From an uncultured Eubacteriales bacterium (GTDB lineage: Bacteria; Acidobacteriota; Aminicenantia; Aminicenantales; Aminicenantaceae), in the NCBI GenBank assembly GCA_964456985.1, contig CAYWDH010000001.1:84714-148713 (forward strand): DNA of 64,000 bases, written 5' to 3'. A program made the translations under genes and the position numbers. The notes beneath the pieces are model-generated. The model did no database searches. It saw nothing but the letters and a program-made list of their open reading frames with translations, and was not told the origin of the DNA. Positions 7,872 to 17,079 of this stretch are shown one piece after another (positions within the stretch are counted from its first letter, which is position 1; every line of letters starts with the position of its first letter).

Positions 7872-10193
7872 ATGAGTACAAGCTTATCAAGATTAAAAAT
7901 AATCCAATTTGGTATGGGAGTCACTTTTCTTCTTCTTGTCTCGTTTTATTCACATGCTAAATCCCCCAATACTCATCCGTACCTTATTTCCGCCTCCAAC
8001 GAAACAAGCCTCCAAGAACAGAGGGAAACCAAGGATTATATTGTAACCAAAGCCACATCTGAGATAAAAATAGACGGCAGCCTGGATGAAAACGCATGGA
8101 AGGATGCCGTTGTCATCAAGCTCCCCTATGAATGGCTTCCCGGTGACAACATTCCCGCACCTGTGGATACTGATTGTCTGGTGACCTATGACGATCATTA
8201 TTTCTACGTGGCCGTGCGCTGCTATGACCCGGATCCTTCGAAAATACGAGCTCATCTTATGGACCGCGATTCCATGGAAACTTTTATACAGGACGATCAC
8301 ATTAGTTTCATGATCGACACATTCAATGATAAACGCCGGGGCTTCCAGTTTCGCGCCAATCCGTTAGGAGTCCAAGCTGATGCTAACTTCAGTGAATCAG
8401 AGGGTTATGAAGATTTCTCCTGGGATGCCATTTGGAACTCGGCAGGTAAAATAACAGATTGGGGATGGGAAGTTGAGATAGCGATCCCATTCAACCAGCT
8501 CCGTTTCCCAAAGATTTCAGAAGTCCAAACATGGGGATTCAGCATTGAGCGGTCCTATCCAAGAAGTGTCCGCCACCGAATGACATCCCATCCCAGAGAA
8601 AGAGACATCACCTGTATCATCTGCCAGTTCAATAAGATAACGGGAATGAAGGGGATATCCCCTGGAGCTAACATTGAACTCGATCCGACCCTGACCACAA
8701 TCCGGACAGACAAAAGAGATGATTTTCCAGCAGATCCGGAAAGCCCTATGAAAAACGGGGACATCGATCCTGAACCGGGCATCACAGCCAGGTGGGGCAT
8801 CACTCCTAATTTAATGCTCAACGCTGCAGTTAATCCTGATTTTTCTCAAATAGAAGCGGATGTCAGAGAACTTGAAGTCAATACGCGGTTTGCCATCCAG
8901 TATCCGGAAAAGAGGCCTTTTTTTCTGGAAGGGGCTGATTTTTTCCTAACTCCCATTGAGGCTGTTTTTACACGGACTGTGGCTGATCCTATGGGAGGAC
9001 TCAAGCTGACCGGCAAAATAGGGAAAAATGCATTCGGTATTTTTGGAACCTATGATAGAGTCAATAACCTTCTCTTCCCCTCTAATCAAGGTTCCTCATC
9101 CACTTCCATTGATCAGAACGTTGCCAGCGGAGTCTTCCGATTCCGCAGGGATATTGGACAGACGTCTCATTTAGGAGTTCTTTACACAGGACGTGTTTCT
9201 GACGATTACTACAATCATGTGGCAGGCTTTGACGGATACTTCCGCTTATCCAGAACCAAAAGCGTCAGTTTTCAGTACCTTCACTCTGAAACCGATTACT
9301 CAGAACAGACCTCAAACGCATTCAGCCAAAAAAACAGCCCCTTAGCTGGAGATGCCATTATATCTGAATTCCAAAGTATTGGAAGAAACTGGCTCTACGT
9401 TCTTGGCTATTATGACTATAATCCATATTTCAGGGCTGATTACGGATATGTCCCCAGAGTAGATATAAGGAGAGGATTAGGATTTCTGGGATACAGATTT
9501 TGGGGGAAAGATGGAGGCTGGTTTACTAATATTTTATTGAGTATGCAAGGGAATGCCATCTACAATCATGAGGGAGATCTGACTGACAGGAACGTTGCCA
9601 TTCAGACTCAGTACCAGGGCCCCTTACAGTCAACCGTAGTTTTGCAGTATGAAAACACAAGGCAGCTCCATTTGACTGAATACTATGACCTGGACCAGTT
9701 AGATCTTGTCGCTGAAATAAAACCGGTTGGAGGACTGCGTTTTAACATAATCGCTCAGTATGGGGATACCATAGACTACACCAATGCCCGGCAGGCAATG
9801 GGATTGAATCTTCTTCCTTTTGTCGAATTCAGCCTGGGTCCTCATATAAATCTAACTCTCCAGCATGCTTTTCAGCGGCTCACATCTCATCAGAATGAGA
9901 TTTTTACAGCCAATCTGTCACAAATAAAATTCGTATACAACTTCAGTGTTCGCACATTTGTAAGAGCCATTGTTCAATATCTGGATGTGGCGCGCAATCC
10001 TGACCTTTATGTTTTTCCGGTCTCTTCTAAAACCCAGACTGTGTTCACACAGTTTCTTTTCTCTTATAAACTCAATCCCCAGACCGTGGCTTTTATCGGC
10101 TATTCGGATAATTATCTGGGAATGACGGGTCTGGATATAACCCAGACTGATCGAACATTTTTTATCAAGATCGGGTATGCCTGGACCCGATAA
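7872..10193 (+). CDS. DUF5916 / CBM9-like domain outer-membrane protein
   Basis: IKIDGSLDENAW, DTFND.R.GFQF.ANPLGVQ.D, NPDFSQIEAD, EKRPFFLEG motifs; beta-barrel-like C-terminus; start moved downstream of the sigma54 site. Confidence 0.85.
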   Translation: MSTSLSRLKIIQFGMGVTFLLLVSFYSHAKSPNTHPYLISASNETSLQEQRETKDYIVTKATSEIKIDGSLDENAWKDAVVIKLPYEWLPGDNIPAPVDTDCLVTYDDHYFYVAVRCYDPDPSKIRAHLMDRDSMETFIQDDHISFMIDTFNDKRRGFQFRANPLGVQADANFSESEGYEDFSWDAIWNSAGKITDWGWEVEIAIPFNQLRFPKISEVQTWGFSIERSYPRSVRHRMTSHPRERDITCIICQFNKITGMKGISPGANIELDPTLTTIRTDKRDDFPADPESPMKNGDIDPEPGITARWGITPNLMLNAAVNPDFSQIEADVRELEVNTRFAIQYPEKRPFFLEGADFFLTPIEAVFTRTVADPMGGLKLTGKIGKNAFGIFGTYDRVNNLLFPSNQGSSSTSIDQNVASGVFRFRRDIGQTSHLGVLYTGRVSDDYYNHVAGFDGYFRLSRTKSVSFQYLHSETDYSEQTSNAFSQKNSPLAGDAIISEFQSIGRNWLYVLGYYDYNPYFRADYGYVPRVDIRRGLGFLGYRFWGKDGGWFTNILLSMQGNAIYNHEGDLTDRNVAIQTQYQGPLQSTVVLQYENTRQLHLTEYYDLDQLDLVAEIKPVGGLRFNIIAQYGDTIDYTNARQAMGLNLLPFVEFSLGPHINLTLQHAFQRLTSHQNEIFTANLSQIKFVYNFSVRTFVRAIVQYLDVARNPDLYVFPVSSKTQTVFTQFLFSYKLNPQTVAFIGYSDNYLGMTGLDITQTDRTFFIKIGYAWTR

Positions 10194-10209
10194 AAAAAGG
10201 AGCCTTAAA

Positions 10210-12651
10210 ATGGTACTAAATCTCATAAAGGTCGCATTAAGAAATTTCTGGAAAAACAAATCCTCTTCTTTAATAAACGTTATTGGCCTTTCAGTGGGAA
10301 TAGCCTGTTTTTTCCTTATCATGGTCAATGTGCAGGATGAGTTTTCCTATGACAACTTTCATGAAAACAAAGACCGGATCTACCGGGTGGCTCTGGAAAG
10401 AATCTATCCGGATAATGTGGTAAACTATGCCATTATTCCCTCCGGCATAGGCCCTGCCATGAAAACAGATTTTCCGGAAATCGAAGATATGACTAGAGTG
10501 TTTAAAATGCAGGGAGAAGTCGTTTTTCAGTATGAAGATAAATCCTTTGAGGAAAAGAACATCTGTTTTGCAGAACCTAATTTTTTTAAAATGTTTTCCA
10601 TACCTTTGATTGAGGGAAATCCCGATTCTGTTTTCCCTAATCCCAATTCAATGGTGATCACAAAAGAGACCGCCCTTAAATATTTCGGTGATGAAGAGGC
10701 TCTTGGCAAACAGATCACTACTCCTCAGGGGGAATTCATGATCACGGGAGTGTGTGACCTCTCTCAAAACTCTCATATGAGTTTTGATTTTTTAGGTGCC
10801 TTGGAGCTTATTGGTTTTGACCGCCGGCCCAATTATGTGAGCTTTTCTGTTCACACCTATGTTCTCCTAAGAGAGGGTGTATCTCCTCAATCCATTGAAC
10901 AAAAGATGCCGGCACTGGTGGAGCAATACGCAGCCGGTCAAATACAAGCACAAACAGGAACCTCTTTTGAAGCTTACACTCAGGCTGGAAACGGATATAA
11001 TTACTTTCTCCAGCCAATCCAAGATATTCATCTCAAATCACACCTATCCAGTGAGATCAAGCCCAACGGAAACATCCTGTATGTCTACATCATGATCGCT
11101 ATTGCGGTTTTTGTGATTATTATCGCCTGTATTAATTTCATGAACCTGGCAACAGCCCAATCATCATCCCGAGCCAGAGAGGTGGGAATACGTAAGATCA
11201 TCGGCTCCACGCGCGGGCCTCTTATCAGGCAGTTTCTCGTCGAATCCATTCTGATGGGACTGATCAGCACATTTCTGGCGGCAGTGCTGATCCAAATATT
11301 CCTACCGGTCTTTAATCAACTCCAAAACAAACAGCTTGAAATAAACTTTATAAAAAACCCATTTAATGTGGTTGCTCTCCTCTGTATAGGGTTAGTGATA
11401 GGGATCTTAGCAGGAATTTATCCATCGTTTTTCCTCTCCTCGTACCAGCCTGCCACAATTCTCAGGGGGCGGTTTGCCAAGTCTCAAAAGGGAGTCCGCC
11501 TCAGAAATGCGCTGGTCGTTTTTCAGTTCGTGCTTTCCATTGTCCTTATCTCCATGACTATGATCGTCTTCAAACAGATAGATTTCATGCAGAATAAAGA
11601 TCTGGGTTTTAAAGAGGACAACCTGATCATGGTGGAAAGGGCTTATACCCTTGGCAACCAGTCTGAAGCATTCAAGCAGGAAATCAAAAGAATCCCTGGA
11701 GTGGTGGATGTAGGCGCCTCCGATACCATTATCCAAGGAGGTTATTACTATGGAGTGATGTTCAAAGACCAGGTGAATCCGGAAGTGAAGACCACCAGAG
11801 GTATGACCATAGACGATGACTTTATAGAAACCATGGGGATCAAAATCCTGGAAGGCCGTGATTTCTCAAAGGAATTCAATGACGAATGGAATGTGATTAT
11901 CAACCAGGCCGCAAAAAGGGAATTCGGGTGGGACAATCCTATCGGTATGAAGCTCAGACGGTTAGGAGGTGAAAACGAGACCACAGGAGAGTTTACCATC
12001 ATAGGAGTGGTTAAGGATTTTCATTACAATTCCCTTCATGAAGACATTGATTCTTTTGTATTCTTTTCTTTCCCTGAGGTATTTGCCGAAGAGAATGACG
12101 AACAGCAAAGGGTATTCCCCTATCTCAATGTGAAAGTAAAACCGGAAAATATATCTGCCACTTTAGCATCTCTGGAACAGAAATGGACTGAATTCAATCC
12201 TGAAGAGCCTTTCTCCAGTTTTTTTCTGAATGAAAAGCTGAACGATCTTTACAGCAACGAAAAGACATCCGGACAGATCTTCACTGTTTTTTCAGTACTG
12301 GCTATCATCATCGCCTGTATCGGGCTTTTCGGCTTGTCTGCCTATATGACGGAGCAGCGGACCAAAGAGATCGGCATCCGCAAGGCTCTGGGTTCTACCT
12401 CCTCTCAAATCGTGGTCCTGCTGTCTAAGGACTTTGCCAAGCTTCTCATTCTAGCCTTTCTTATATCTATTCCTATTGGTTATTTTGCCATGGTCAAATG
12501 GCTCCAAAATTTTGCATATAGAATAAGCCCTGGAATTCTCGTTCCGGTCATAACTCTGTTCATCACTTTTTCTGTGGCTTTCATTTCAGTAAGCTTCAAA
12601 GCCATCAAGGCTGCTTTGAGCGATCCTGCGGATTCTCTTCGTTATGAATAA
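10210..12651 (+). CDS. MacB/FtsX-family ABC transporter permease (tandem domains)
   Basis: LKVALRN-like start, IACINFMNL..RAREVGIRK, RTKEIGIRKALG, C-terminal PADSLRYE. Confidence 0.93.
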   Translation: MVLNLIKVALRNFWKNKSSSLINVIGLSVGIACFFLIMVNVQDEFSYDNFHENKDRIYRVALERIYPDNVVNYAIIPSGIGPAMKTDFPEIEDMTRVFKMQGEVVFQYEDKSFEEKNICFAEPNFFKMFSIPLIEGNPDSVFPNPNSMVITKETALKYFGDEEALGKQITTPQGEFMITGVCDLSQNSHMSFDFLGALELIGFDRRPNYVSFSVHTYVLLREGVSPQSIEQKMPALVEQYAAGQIQAQTGTSFEAYTQAGNGYNYFLQPIQDIHLKSHLSSEIKPNGNILYVYIMIAIAVFVIIIACINFMNLATAQSSSRAREVGIRKIIGSTRGPLIRQFLVESILMGLISTFLAAVLIQIFLPVFNQLQNKQLEINFIKNPFNVVALLCIGLVIGILAGIYPSFFLSSYQPATILRGRFAKSQKGVRLRNALVVFQFVLSIVLISMTMIVFKQIDFMQNKDLGFKEDNLIMVERAYTLGNQSEAFKQEIKRIPGVVDVGASDTIIQGGYYYGVMFKDQVNPEVKTTRGMTIDDDFIETMGIKILEGRDFSKEFNDEWNVIINQAAKREFGWDNPIGMKLRRLGGENETTGEFTIIGVVKDFHYNSLHEDIDSFVFFSFPEVFAEENDEQQRVFPYLNVKVKPENISATLASLEQKWTEFNPEEPFSSFFLNEKLNDLYSNEKTSGQIFTVFSVLAIIIACIGLFGLSAYMTEQRTKEIGIRKALGSTSSQIVVLLSKDFAKLLILAFLISIPIGYFAMVKWLQNFAYRISPGILVPVITLFITFSVAFISVSFKAIKAALSDPADSLRYE

Positions 12652-12789
12652 AGATTTAGACCTGCCGGATCCAGCGACAATTAATTGCTTAAATAATTAT
12701 TGAAAAAGGTCTTGCATATCGCCGAAAAGAAAATAATAATGAGAACATCGCTATTTTCTTATGAATAGTCCACGTTAGAGAGGAACATC

Positions 12790-13842
12790 ATGCGAAGAAT
12801 CATTATCCTTTTTGTTGTCGGAATGTGTGTTTTACCCCTGGCTGCCCAGAAAAATCGGCCTATCAGGGATGACGTAGGCTTTTGTTGGAATCCGGAAAGC
12901 ATGCGCAAGCTTGTGGATTATCTTAAAAGTCAGGAAGACATGTCTTTTAATGCCAGGGGACTTGTGGCAGCTATTTCTCCTCATGATGATTATCTCTATG
13001 CCGGAAGAATTTACTACCCTCTCTTTAAAATTTTAAAGACTAAAGAAGTGGTCATCTTCGGCGTCACCCACGGCACGGTCCGCAGCGAGATCCCCGGCCT
13101 CCAGAATATTCTGATCCTGGACAACTTCGAATACTGGCCAGGTCTGAAAGAGCCTATTTCTGTATCCGGTCTGAGAGAATATATCAAGGGGCGGCTCGAC
13201 AAGACGTTTTTTATCACAAATAACAGGGCCCATGAGATCGAACACTCTATCGAAGCCCTTCTTCCCTTCCTTCAGTATTTTAATCCTGAAGTTAAGATCA
13301 CTCCCATAATGGTCACTCCTATGCCTTTTGCCCGAATGGATGAGATCTCAGAAAAGCTGGCTAAAGTGATTGCGGATTATATGACCGAAAAAAACCTTGA
13401 AGCCGGAAAGGATATCTTTTTTCTTGTTTCCTCTGACGGAAACCATTATGGAGAAGACTTTAACAATTCGCCTTTCGGAGAAGGAGAAAAAGCCTGGAAA
13501 ACAGCCTTAGCGTTCGATCAGCGCCTCATAAGGACTTATCTCACAGGGACCATGGACAGCCACAAAATCGAAGGATTGACCAAAGAACTTTGGGGTGAGA
13601 CGTATCTGGATTACCGTAATACCTACTGGTGCGGGAAATATTCTATTCCTTTCGGCCTTATCACGATAGAAAAAATTCTGGAATATTTCCTGAAAAAAGA
13701 GATAAACGGCACACTCTTTCGTTTCTCAGATACTTACAGCGAAGGTGTACTGCCGCTTAAAAAAACAGGAATGGGAACCACAGCCCCTTTCTCGCTCCGT
13801 CACTGGGTGAGCTTTTTCTCTATCGGATACTATCTAGAGTAA
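12790..13842 (+). CDS. MEMO1 / AmmeMemoRadiSam protein B family protein with signal peptide
   Basis: ISPHDDYLYAG, GVTH, EHSIEALLPFLQ, SSDGNHYG, WCG motifs; N-terminal signal peptide. Confidence 0.8.
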   Translation: MRRIIILFVVGMCVLPLAAQKNRPIRDDVGFCWNPESMRKLVDYLKSQEDMSFNARGLVAAISPHDDYLYAGRIYYPLFKILKTKEVVIFGVTHGTVRSEIPGLQNILILDNFEYWPGLKEPISVSGLREYIKGRLDKTFFITNNRAHEIEHSIEALLPFLQYFNPEVKITPIMVTPMPFARMDEISEKLAKVIADYMTEKNLEAGKDIFFLVSSDGNHYGEDFNNSPFGEGEKAWKTALAFDQRLIRTYLTGTMDSHKIEGLTKELWGETYLDYRNTYWCGKYSIPFGLITIEKILEYFLKKEINGTLFRFSDTYSEGVLPLKKTGMGTTAPFSLRHWVSFFSIGYYLE

Positions 13843-13849
13843 AACAAAC

Positions 13850-14845
13850 TCACTTCTCACCAATAGTGATGTTCCCGTCAGAAGTGCGGATACGGATTCT
13901 CCCTTTCCCTCCGTTTATCTCACCGGATTTAGAATGACGTTCATCTTCAAAATTCTCTATATTTTCCAGCTCAATCCTTATGCGTCCATCATCGGAATAA
14001 GTGTAAAAAGAAGTTGAAAATCCTCTTTCAAGATTGATCCGAACAGGACCGTCGTCTGTTTTTATATCGGCATTTAAGGCGTCTGATATCAGAAGGTTAA
14101 GATCAATATCTCCATCCTCAGCTCTAATATACAGTTTTTCTGCCGTTGTCTGATCCATAATCACATCCCCATCATCCGAAGTGATGTCAAAAGAGCCGCT
14201 GGAATCCTGTACCTGAATATCCCCATCTTCCATAATCACTCTGCATTCAGGAACTTCACATCCTAAAAGATGTATATCCCCGTCATCAACGGAAATGGAT
14301 AACTCTCCCTTGAATTTCTCTACCTCAGTATTTCCATCCTCCCCCCAGATCTTTACTCTGTCTGCATCAATATCTTTGAGTACCAGATCACCATCATCCA
14401 GCCTGCATTCGATCTCCTCTCTCCATCCTTCGATGTTCACATCCCCATCATCCCCCTTTAGATCCAGACGGATATAATTCGGTGCTTTGATCTCATAAAT
14501 ATATTCATATCTTTTCACATTGATGTAACCTATGGTAAAACCGTATCTTGCTTTTTCAGTCACATATACGGAACTCCCTCTTTGACTGAATTCGACATTA
14601 AAATCATGCTCCTTCCCGATCCCTACTCTATCAATATCAGCCCTGTAATTCACTTCCACGTCGATCCTGTCCTCATTCCAGGGAATGATTGTTACATCAC
14701 CGTCTCCGTACGTAAGATGAAGTATATCCCCTTGTTTAACATCAAAGGTTTGATGAAAATGCTTATTGATTTCTTTTGCAGGTGCAGACCCAATGAATAA
14801 AGTCAGAATAACGAGAAACAAGATAATTAGTATGAATTTCTTCAT
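13850..14845 (-). CDS. DUF4097 (adhesin-like beta-strand repeat) exported protein
   Basis: Repeated (D/E)DGD(I/V) units; ends IRIRTSDGNITI; GGAGG SD. Confidence 0.85.
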   Translation of the reverse strand: MKKFILIILFLVILTLFIGSAPAKEINKHFHQTFDVKQGDILHLTYGDGDVTIIPWNEDRIDVEVNYRADIDRVGIGKEHDFNVEFSQRGSSVYVTEKARYGFTIGYINVKRYEYIYEIKAPNYIRLDLKGDDGDVNIEGWREEIECRLDDGDLVLKDIDADRVKIWGEDGNTEVEKFKGELSISVDDGDIHLLGCEVPECRVIMEDGDIQVQDSSGSFDITSDDGDVIMDQTTAEKLYIRAEDGDIDLNLLISDALNADIKTDDGPVRINLERGFSTSFYTYSDDGRIRIELENIENFEDERHSKSGEINGGKGRIRIRTSDGNITIGEK

Positions 14846-14879
14846 GTCCACCTCCTTATATAGTCATCCTTTAATAGAT

Positions 14880-14907
14880 TAAACGAAAACCATGGATAAA
14901 AAGTTCC
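14880..14907 (-). promoter_or_regulatory. Putative ECF sigma-factor promoter for the DUF4097 gene
   Basis: Minus strand GGAACT-N16-CGTTTA. Confidence 0.55.
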
Positions 14908-14947
14908 TTTTATTGAAAAAATAAAATTTCGTAATGACAGCTCAGCG

Positions 14948-15769
14948 TTAAAAAAAGACCTTGATTCCTAAATTAGCGGACAATCCCCCTAGATTAAGCT
15001 CGATTGTTTCCCCTTCTTCCCATTGAGTGGTCAGAGGATGCTCAACCTCCCGTTTGGCAATGATATATCTTCCGGAAGCATAGAAAGCCACTCTATTTGT
15101 GATATAAAAATCCATTCCTCCTGAAAAATTAAAACCGAGCTTATTGACATTTGTCTCTTCGAATTCAATCTCTACGATATCTATATCATGCGTCCAATCC
15201 CAGTAAATAGTCTCTTCGTATATAATATCATAAAGCAAATCCATCTTACCTGAAATGTAGCTAACACCCGCCCCAACAAAAGGCCGGAAGCTTCCTGAAG
15301 TAACAGGATGAAAGTTCACTATAAAACTAAACACTGTTGCCCTGAAAAACGGATTGGCTTCTTCCTCGTCAGATGCAATATCATCCCATAAATATATATT
15401 CGGAAGGCTGAATCCGTAGACTCCATTCAGTGATTTGGAAAATATGTTCAGATGGGCCGCTATCTCCAGGCTTTCCACAATATAAAATCCTGCCCCTGCG
15501 CTGAATCCAAGAGCGTCTGCATTTTCGACACAATCGCTTATGGTCATATCTTCGCCCCAAAGCGTATCCGTGTATTCGTAATTATATCCTGCTTGAATAA
15601 ACGATACCGAACCTCCCACATCAATGCTGGCTATATTCCTTCTGGGTGTCCATTTGGACGTGTAAGTTCTCTGCGCTGAATCACTCGATTCTGAAAATCC
15701 CGGAAGAACAAGAAAAAGAATGAACAAGTACACAGAAAAAACCTGTATAATGATTTTCGTTTTCATCAC
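14948..15769 (-). CDS. Outer-membrane beta-barrel protein (OmpW/OmpA-TM-like)
   Basis: Signal peptide; RPFVGAGVSY; C-terminal SANLGIKVFF. Confidence 0.8.
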   Translation of the reverse strand: MMKTKIIIQVFSVYLFILFLVLPGFSESSDSAQRTYTSKWTPRRNIASIDVGGSVSFIQAGYNYEYTDTLWGEDMTISDCVENADALGFSAGAGFYIVESLEIAAHLNIFSKSLNGVYGFSLPNIYLWDDIASDEEEANPFFRATVFSFIVNFHPVTSGSFRPFVGAGVSYISGKMDLLYDIIYEETIYWDWTHDIDIVEIEFEETNVNKLGFNFSGGMDFYITNRVAFYASGRYIIAKREVEHPLTTQWEEGETIELNLGGLSANLGIKVFF

Positions 15770-15784
15770 ATCTCCTTTTAAATC

Positions 15785-16969
15785 TTATTCTTCCTTTTCT
15801 TCAGGTTCGTCGGGTTTTTCAGGAGGTTTGTCTTTTTCTTGTTCCGTTTTTTCCTGGAGATTTTCTTCCTTTCTCTCTTCTTCTTTTTGTTCGATCCTTT
15901 TTTCTTCCTTTATTTCAGCGGGCTTTTCTTTGTCAGGTTTCGACTTGCCGCTCGCAATAAAAGAAACTATAAAAATGATAAATCCTACGATACTCACCAC
16001 TCCGGCCACAGCGATCACTGGAGAGAAGAGGTGGTTTACAACAGCCGTCTGTATCCAAGCTGTTTTTTCCAGAACCAGTTCATGAAGCCCGACCGACCAG
16101 TCTTTAGAGAACGAATACGGAGAAAGCCCGATCCCTGCAAAGGCCAATTGTTTGGTAAAGAGCGCGGTTAACAAGGAAATAAGCCCACCTGCCAGCACTG
16201 ATAGGCCGCTCCATCTGAAAAAGCTTGCTGTTGAGGTAGCTGCAATAACCGAACCCAGCAAAATGATCAAAGCCGGTAAAAAAAACATCCCGTAAGAAAG
16301 CAGTTTAACCATCCGCGTAACACTCAGCGGCACATACCGCATCCCCGAAAAAACCTCTATCTCGTCCGATATATCATCGGTTAATCCGTCAAGGTAATCC
16401 TGTATTACTTGATCTGATACCTCCACACCGGGCGTGCATGGGGGGAAGTCAAACAGATCATAATCTCTATCCGTCACCGTGTACCATCGTTCGATGTCCT
16501 CTTCATTACAAGGAGGAAGCTTTTCCATGACCTGAGTAATATAGTCCTTAAAATCTTCACTCTGGAGCGCCTTTTTTAAAGGACGGAGGTCAATGACAAT
16601 AGGCCCCGCTTTTCTTTTCCCTCTTAATACATCCCCAATTTCATCCAGAGAACCTGACAGCTCGTTCTTAAGCCAGCTTTCAAGTCCCATATTCCTCATC
16701 AATTCGCGGGGAGAGATGTCAACCTCCGAAGCAGCCTTGAACCAGGCTCTGGTATCCTCATCAATCATCAATTCTTCATTCTGAGCTTCTTCAAACACCT
16801 CCTCAACAAGCGAAGGTACTTCTTCTATTATCTCCTGGGGAAGATCAGAAACAAACTCAGGAGACACAGCAGCCCGGGTGAGTCCTACAGCCCAAATGAC
16901 AGCAAAAAGTATGGGAAGTCCTATAAACAAAACAATAAGAAGTCCTAATATTTTTCTTAACGCTTTCAT
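15785..16969 (-). CDS. Hypothetical membrane protein with large periplasmic domain and charged tail
   Basis: 394-aa ORF; one N-terminal and about three C-terminal TM segments; E/K-rich tail. Confidence 0.75.
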   Translation of the reverse strand: MKALRKILGLLIVLFIGLPILFAVIWAVGLTRAAVSPEFVSDLPQEIIEEVPSLVEEVFEEAQNEELMIDEDTRAWFKAASEVDISPRELMRNMGLESWLKNELSGSLDEIGDVLRGKRKAGPIVIDLRPLKKALQSEDFKDYITQVMEKLPPCNEEDIERWYTVTDRDYDLFDFPPCTPGVEVSDQVIQDYLDGLTDDISDEIEVFSGMRYVPLSVTRMVKLLSYGMFFLPALIILLGSVIAATSTASFFRWSGLSVLAGGLISLLTALFTKQLAFAGIGLSPYSFSKDWSVGLHELVLEKTAWIQTAVVNHLFSPVIAVAGVVSIVGFIIFIVSFIASGKSKPDKEKPAEIKEEKRIEQKEEERKEENLQEKTEQEKDKPPEKPDEPEEKEE

Positions 16970-17079
16970 TTTAAATCCCCTTTTTTATTCATGTTTATCA
17001 ACTTATCACAATTTAACACAGTGATTAGTATCTTAATAAGCTTATATCATAAGAAAATCACCTGGTCAAAGAAAATCTA

